Below are positions 60,150-64,000 of a stretch of 64,000 nt of DNA, piece by piece (the stretch's first letter is position 1; each line of letters opens with the position of its first letter). This DNA comes from Candidatus Nomurabacteria bacterium (GTDB lineage Bacteria > Patescibacteriota > Minisyncoccia > Phycocordibacterales > UBA9973), in contig JACKGL010000003.1 in NCBI GenBank assembly GCA_020631955.1, forward strand, positions 8,059 through 72,058. Direction: 5' to 3'. The position numbers were made by a program, and so were the translations under genes. A model generated the notes under the pieces. It had not been told where the DNA came from, ran no database searches, and saw only the letters and a list, made by a program, of their open reading frames with translations.

Positions 60150-60240
60150 GGTTTTGCTTTTATATAAAAAATATCATAAAAAAAGAAACTTGAAAATAGC
60201 TTATAGATAATGTATCCTTTAGATTACTTTTAGCAAAACT

Positions 60241-60313
60241 GCGCCTTTAGCTCAGTTGGTAGAGCGTTCCCTTGACGTGGGAAAGGTCACAGGTTCGAAT
60301 CCTGTAGGGCGCA
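60241..60313 (+). tRNA. tRNA-Val (GAC)
   Basis: GCGCCTT-TA-GCTC..GAGC-G-TTCCC-TTGACGT-GGGAA-AGGTC-ACAGG-TTCGAAT-CCTGT-AGGGCGC-A. Confidence 0.93.
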
Positions 60314-60400
60314 CAGTATAAACAAACGTATTTTTATGTGCTTGAGATACGTAATATTTTATAGAGGTTGTAAGAGTGTTAATATATAAATACAAGTTTT

Positions 60401-60910
60401 ATGAATGAAGAGAAAAGTAAAATAATAAGTATAATAGTTCTCGTAGTGGCTTTGATAGTCATATCTATTTTTATGAAAATAAATAATGTTTCTGATGTAA
60501 AAGACGTAGTGGCTCAGACTCCTGTAGAAGAAGATATAAATACCACAGTACAAGAAGAAACAAATACCAATACTACAAGTACAAGTAGTAACACCTCTTC
60601 GGGAAGTACATCTAGTAGTAACACTAGCAATACAAATACTTCTACCAATACCACCACCACAAACACAGGTGAACAGACTTTTACCTTAGCTCAAGTGGCT
60701 ATGCACAGCACTGATGGAGATTGCTACACTGCTGTAAGCGGCGTGGTGTACGATCTTACTGCTTGGGTGCACCAACACCCAGGAGGGGATAGAAATATAC
60801 TTTTGATATGTGGTATAGATGGTACAAGTGCATACAACAGCGTTCACGGACGTGACGGATTTGCACAAAACATACTTGCTGGATTTGAGATAGGTTTATT
60901 GGTAAATTAA
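60401..60910 (+). CDS. Membrane-anchored cytochrome b5-like heme-binding domain protein
   Basis: TM anchor, T/S/N-rich linker, then FTLAQVAMHSTDGDCYTAVSGVVYDLTAWVHQHPGG (cyt-b5 HPGG motif). Confidence 0.8.
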   Translation: MNEEKSKIISIIVLVVALIVISIFMKINNVSDVKDVVAQTPVEEDINTTVQEETNTNTTSTSSNTSSGSTSSSNTSNTNTSTNTTTTNTGEQTFTLAQVAMHSTDGDCYTAVSGVVYDLTAWVHQHPGGDRNILLICGIDGTSAYNSVHGRDGFAQNILAGFEIGLLVN

Positions 60911-60916
60911 AACAAT

Positions 60917-61288
60917 ATGGATTTTATAAATAAATATTCTAAATATTATTTTTTAGTAGGTAAGCTACTTGTGGTAGGTGTGTTTATATATTTTGGACTA
61001 GACGGTATATTCAACCCAAGTACTTTTAGTTATCTGATACCGAGCTTTGTATCCAACATAATGTCTGCGGACTTTGTCGTAATGATACACGGCGGGATAG
61101 AGGTAGCTTGTGGTCTTATGATACTCTTGAACCTAGGCAAGGCTTGGCCATATGTGATACTGATACTTTCTTTTATAGGAGTACTGTTTACTGTATCTGG
61201 GACAGTGCTCGTTAGAGATATAGGTATATTTGGAGGAATGTTACTCCTACTAAGTAGTCAACACGCTGCTTCGTGCGAAAAGTGCTAG
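60917..61288 (+). CDS. Four-TM membrane protein (DoxX-like, tentative)
   Basis: 123 aa, four hydrophobic helices, 6-nt gap after the cyt-b5-like gene. Confidence 0.6.
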   Translation: MDFINKYSKYYFLVGKLLVVGVFIYFGLDGIFNPSTFSYLIPSFVSNIMSADFVVMIHGGIEVACGLMILLNLGKAWPYVILILSFIGVLFTVSGTVLVRDIGIFGGMLLLLSSQHAASCEKC

Positions 61289-61336
61289 TGTTTAAAACTT
61301 TTGCATAAAAAATATTGCGTGGGTTATAATTTATAT

Positions 61337-61930
61337 ATGAGAAAAGTAAACTACAAGGAAGTTTTGTTTGTGATACTTGGAGCTGCTATTTTACTTTTTG
61401 CTATACCTTACAAGCCAGCAGAAAGTCCCGTTCACGGCAGACCGACTACAAATATTTCCGACTACGAAGAGACTGTAAATGAAATATTGAGTGTAGTAAC
61501 ATTGTCCGCAGAGATCAATGAACCAGTAGGAACTTTGTTTGAAGAATACTATGCTACTCACAGCTCTGCTTCTATGAGTGATATACAAATGAAACTCCTA
61601 GATCAAGCTAAAAGGAGATTTGACGGCGCTGGTGTAGCCCTAAAGATACCTACAGTAGATGGTGTGAGTCTATATTCTATGCAAGGAGGGGAAGGGTACG
61701 GTGGGTACTTTTGGGTGCTTTGGCTTTCTCAAGACAAGAAAGAAAGTCTCTATGGTAACCCTGATATAACTATCAATTTCCCAGTAGAAGACCCTAGTGT
61801 ACTGATGGTAAGGACAGAAAAATTTGTAGTAGACGGTGAAGATGAGCCTCTCGTAAGAGGGTACTTGATAGAAGATGGATTTGCTAAGCCTACAGTAGGA
61901 CTTTCTCCTGTATTTGTGGAATACAAGTAA
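61337..61930 (+). CDS. Hypothetical membrane-anchored protein
   Basis: MRKVNYKEVLFVILGAAILLFA anchor. ATG 61337 preferred because the ORF-track start includes a TATAAT box. Confidence 0.55.
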   Translation: MRKVNYKEVLFVILGAAILLFAIPYKPAESPVHGRPTTNISDYEETVNEILSVVTLSAEINEPVGTLFEEYYATHSSASMSDIQMKLLDQAKRRFDGAGVALKIPTVDGVSLYSMQGGEGYGGYFWVLWLSQDKKESLYGNPDITINFPVEDPSVLMVRTEKFVVDGEDEPLVRGYLIEDGFAKPTVGLSPVFVEYK

Positions 61931-62006
61931 GAAAACACAGCTTTTTATCTAACACTTTACATTTGTGTGTAAAAGTGGTATAAAGATGCAAAACAATTAA
62001 CCACAA

Positions 62007-62276
62007 ATGGGACAGGCTATCATTTTTGATGTTCTTGCCAAATATGGTGAGAGGATCAGTTTCACAAACAATTTCCGGGATGGAAATATTGTGTATTTCG
62101 AATTCCGAGACCCACTCAATGACGCTCAAGGTTTTCAGGAAAAAATCAATCAGAACCTGAAGTACCATCAGATCGAGAAAATTGAGATTCAGGGTTGTAC
62201 CATGAATGTTCATCTGTCGAAGACAGGCCTCGATTCACAATACTTCAGTATTCTGGAGATGATCCAGAAAACCTGA
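62007..62276 (+). CDS. Hypothetical protein (89 aa), atypical composition, TGA stop
   Basis: ORF followed by terminator ACCGGTTC/GAGCCGGT plus T-run (62296-62325). No motif recognised. Confidence 0.5.
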   Translation: MGQAIIFDVLAKYGERISFTNNFRDGNIVYFEFRDPLNDAQGFQEKINQNLKYHQIEKIEIQGCTMNVHLSKTGLDSQYFSILEMIQKT

Positions 62277-62324
62277 AAGAACAACCCGTAACATTAAGAC
62301 CGGTTCTACCCAGAGCCGGTTTTT

Positions 62325-63368
62325 TTATTCTCTATTTATTTTATCATCGAGGACTACTGGTTCACTTCCGAAAGTGTCTCCGGTAATACGTACTACGTCT
62401 TTATCTATTTTTTTGAGTTCTTTTCCAGAAGAGTTGTAGTGGTTGATCACAGTACCTAGAGAGTTGCCGAGTCTGTTGTGGAAGTCCTCGTATGACTTGA
62501 TATGTCTCCCTAGGTCTTCGACTCTTTTTATTATTTCAGTAGCTTTTTCTTCTATCTGAAGAGCTTTGAGACCTTGAAGTACAGTTTGTAAGAATGCTAA
62601 GAAAGAAGTAGGGGATACAATGATAACTTTCTTTTCTTTGAAAGCGTATTCTATGAGGTCCCTAGTATTTACTTTTACTCCACCCACTTGAGCAACAAGA
62701 AGGTCATAATATATAGCTTCGTGAGGAATGAACATGAAAGCAAAGTCCATAGTGTTTTCACTTGGTCTGACGTATTTTGCTGTTTCATCTATGCGAAGCT
62801 TGAGATCGTTTTTGAATTGCTTTTCTAGTTCAGCTCTACGTGTTTCGTCTTTTTCTTCTGTTAGTCTGTTGTAGTTTTCTAGTGAGAATTTGGAGTCTAC
62901 TGGTATGATCTTGTCCTTTACGAAGACAGCCGCGTCGACTATGTCTCCGTTGGCGAACTTGTACTGCATCTCAAAACTTCCTGGAGGAAGTACATTTTTG
63001 AGTACTGTCTCTAGATAATACTCACCTAAGATACCGCGTTGCTTTGGATTTTTCAAAATATCTTGAAGGTTTTCTAGTTGCTCGGCAAACCCGACTACTT
63101 GTTTACCAGTCTCTTTTACTTCTGTCAGCTCCTTTGTTATTTCTCTGATGAGTTTGTTGGATTCGCTAGATTGGAACCTGATAGATTCGTTTACTTGTCT
63201 TTCTGTATCGCGCATCTTTTGGTCCATAGTACGAGAAAGTTCGTTGATCTGCTCTAATATGAGCTTCATAGAGTCGGTGGGAGCCGCAGAAGGTTTACCT
63301 TTTCTTAGTATTAGAAAAACAATAAAGCCTCCGAGTATTATACCTACTATTATCATCAATATTTCCAT
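62325..63368 (-). CDS. rmuC: DNA recombination protein RmuC
   Basis: N-terminal TM helix, coiled coil, and RmuC core blocks (FAFMFIPHEAIYYDL, IIVSPTSFLAFLQTV). Confidence 0.88.
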   Translation of the reverse strand: MEILMIIVGIILGGFIVFLILRKGKPSAAPTDSMKLILEQINELSRTMDQKMRDTERQVNESIRFQSSESNKLIREITKELTEVKETGKQVVGFAEQLENLQDILKNPKQRGILGEYYLETVLKNVLPPGSFEMQYKFANGDIVDAAVFVKDKIIPVDSKFSLENYNRLTEEKDETRRAELEKQFKNDLKLRIDETAKYVRPSENTMDFAFMFIPHEAIYYDLLVAQVGGVKVNTRDLIEYAFKEKKVIIVSPTSFLAFLQTVLQGLKALQIEEKATEIIKRVEDLGRHIKSYEDFHNRLGNSLGTVINHYNSSGKELKKIDKDVVRITGDTFGSEPVVLDDKINRE

Positions 63369-63677
63369 ATATACATTATTTCATGAATATATGTCGAATC
63401 AAAATTGACAAATACTCAAAATAAGTTAATTTAAAGAAAAAAGGCTTATTACTATGAACAACTGGAAAGAGTTGCTGGCTCAACTGCCTATACATTACGC
63501 AGACTGGACAGCAGATCCGAAAAAACTGATGGAAGCTACTCGTAAGTAGTAGATCCATCAAAGAGTACACAAATCCCTAGCATGAAAGTGCAGGACTTTT
63601 TCTTTTCCACAGGTATGTTTGCTATCTGATATATCATATATGATATAATACATGTATTAAAAAATATCAACTTAAAT

Positions 63678-64000
63678 ATGTGTGGAATAATAGGTTATAT
63701 AGGCAACAAAGAAGCTGGAGACATATTGATAGAAGGGTTGCAAAAACTAGAGTATAGAGGATACGACAGTGCTGGTATATGTGTAGCAGATGAAAAAAGT
63801 ATTTCTAGAACAAGAAGTGTAGGAAAAGTAGAGTCGCTCAAAGAAAAATTTGCTTTGAACAAACATAAAGGCACTAGAGGTATAGGTCATACTAGATGGG
63901 CTACCCACGGAGCACCTTTGGAAAAAAACGCGCACCCACACTCTGACCTGGAAGAAAAAATATATGTCGCCCACAACGGTGTTTTGGAAAACTATAAAGA
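63678..64000 (+). CDS. glmS: Glutamine--fructose-6-phosphate aminotransferase, N-terminal fragment (continues beyond the window)
   Basis: MCGIIGYIG...LEYRGYDSAGI...GIGHTRWATHG, the class II amidotransferase N-terminus. Confidence 0.93.
   Translation, partial: MCGIIGYIGNKEAGDILIEGLQKLEYRGYDSAGICVADEKSISRTRSVGKVESLKEKFALNKHKGTRGIGHTRWATHGAPLEKNAHPHSDLEEKIYVAHNGVLENYK

Noticed and set aside
63369-63677. Possible glmS ribozyme upstream of glmS.
   Set aside because: The 300-bp leader lacks the conserved core features I remember (the AGCGCC start and the GACGAGG/pseudoknot blocks). It is mostly AT-rich with a short foreign-looking ORF.
1-64000. Alternative genetic code (UGA recoding, as in some candidate phyla).
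   Set aside because: All conserved genes are intact full-length ORFs under the standard code, with no in-frame TGA needed. TGA is simply a rare stop, seen only at 12940, 56143, 57229, 57931, 59583 and 62276, mostly in accessory-looking genes; core genes end in TAA or TAG. That pattern is expected for an AT-rich genome.

Overview
AT-rich, gene-dense bacterial chromosome segment. By inference it comes from a small-genome Patescibacteria/CPR-like organism: compact housekeeping operons, Ser/Thr/Asn-rich linkers on secreted proteins, and a lamin-tail-domain surface protein. Standard genetic code; core genes stop almost only at TAA/TAG. Recognisable content includes nrdA with a class Ic-like nrdB, RNase P RNA, secA, murE-murD-murC, a P-type ATPase, and an ECF sigma/anti-sigma pair. 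Also present are lysS, leuS, valS, RNase J, secG, ychF, tsaC, tsaD, gdhA, murJ, lepA, hsp20, prsW, dgkA, rmuC and the 5' end of glmS. There are five intact tRNAs (Asn, Arg-CCU, Phe, Glu, Val). I saw no rRNA, CRISPR array, transposase or integrase. Most notable observations: (1) a complete Nudix hydrolase domain nested inside the editing domain of LeuRS. (2) A tRNA-Arg(CCU)-like gene broken by three insertions, one of which carries a second, intact tRNA-Arg(CCU). (3) A GC-rich 20-22 nt palindrome (CCTGCCTRCCGGCAGGCAGG) found in that tRNA T-loop, as an in-frame 21-nt insertion in leuS, and in related form beside tRNA-Asn. (4) Several promoter-to-terminator delimited candidate small or structured RNAs (upstream of dgkA; two in the 500-bp gap before secA). 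(5) Small, compositionally atypical islands of unknown genes beside tRNA genes. All calls come from reading the sequence and ORF track; no database searches were run.
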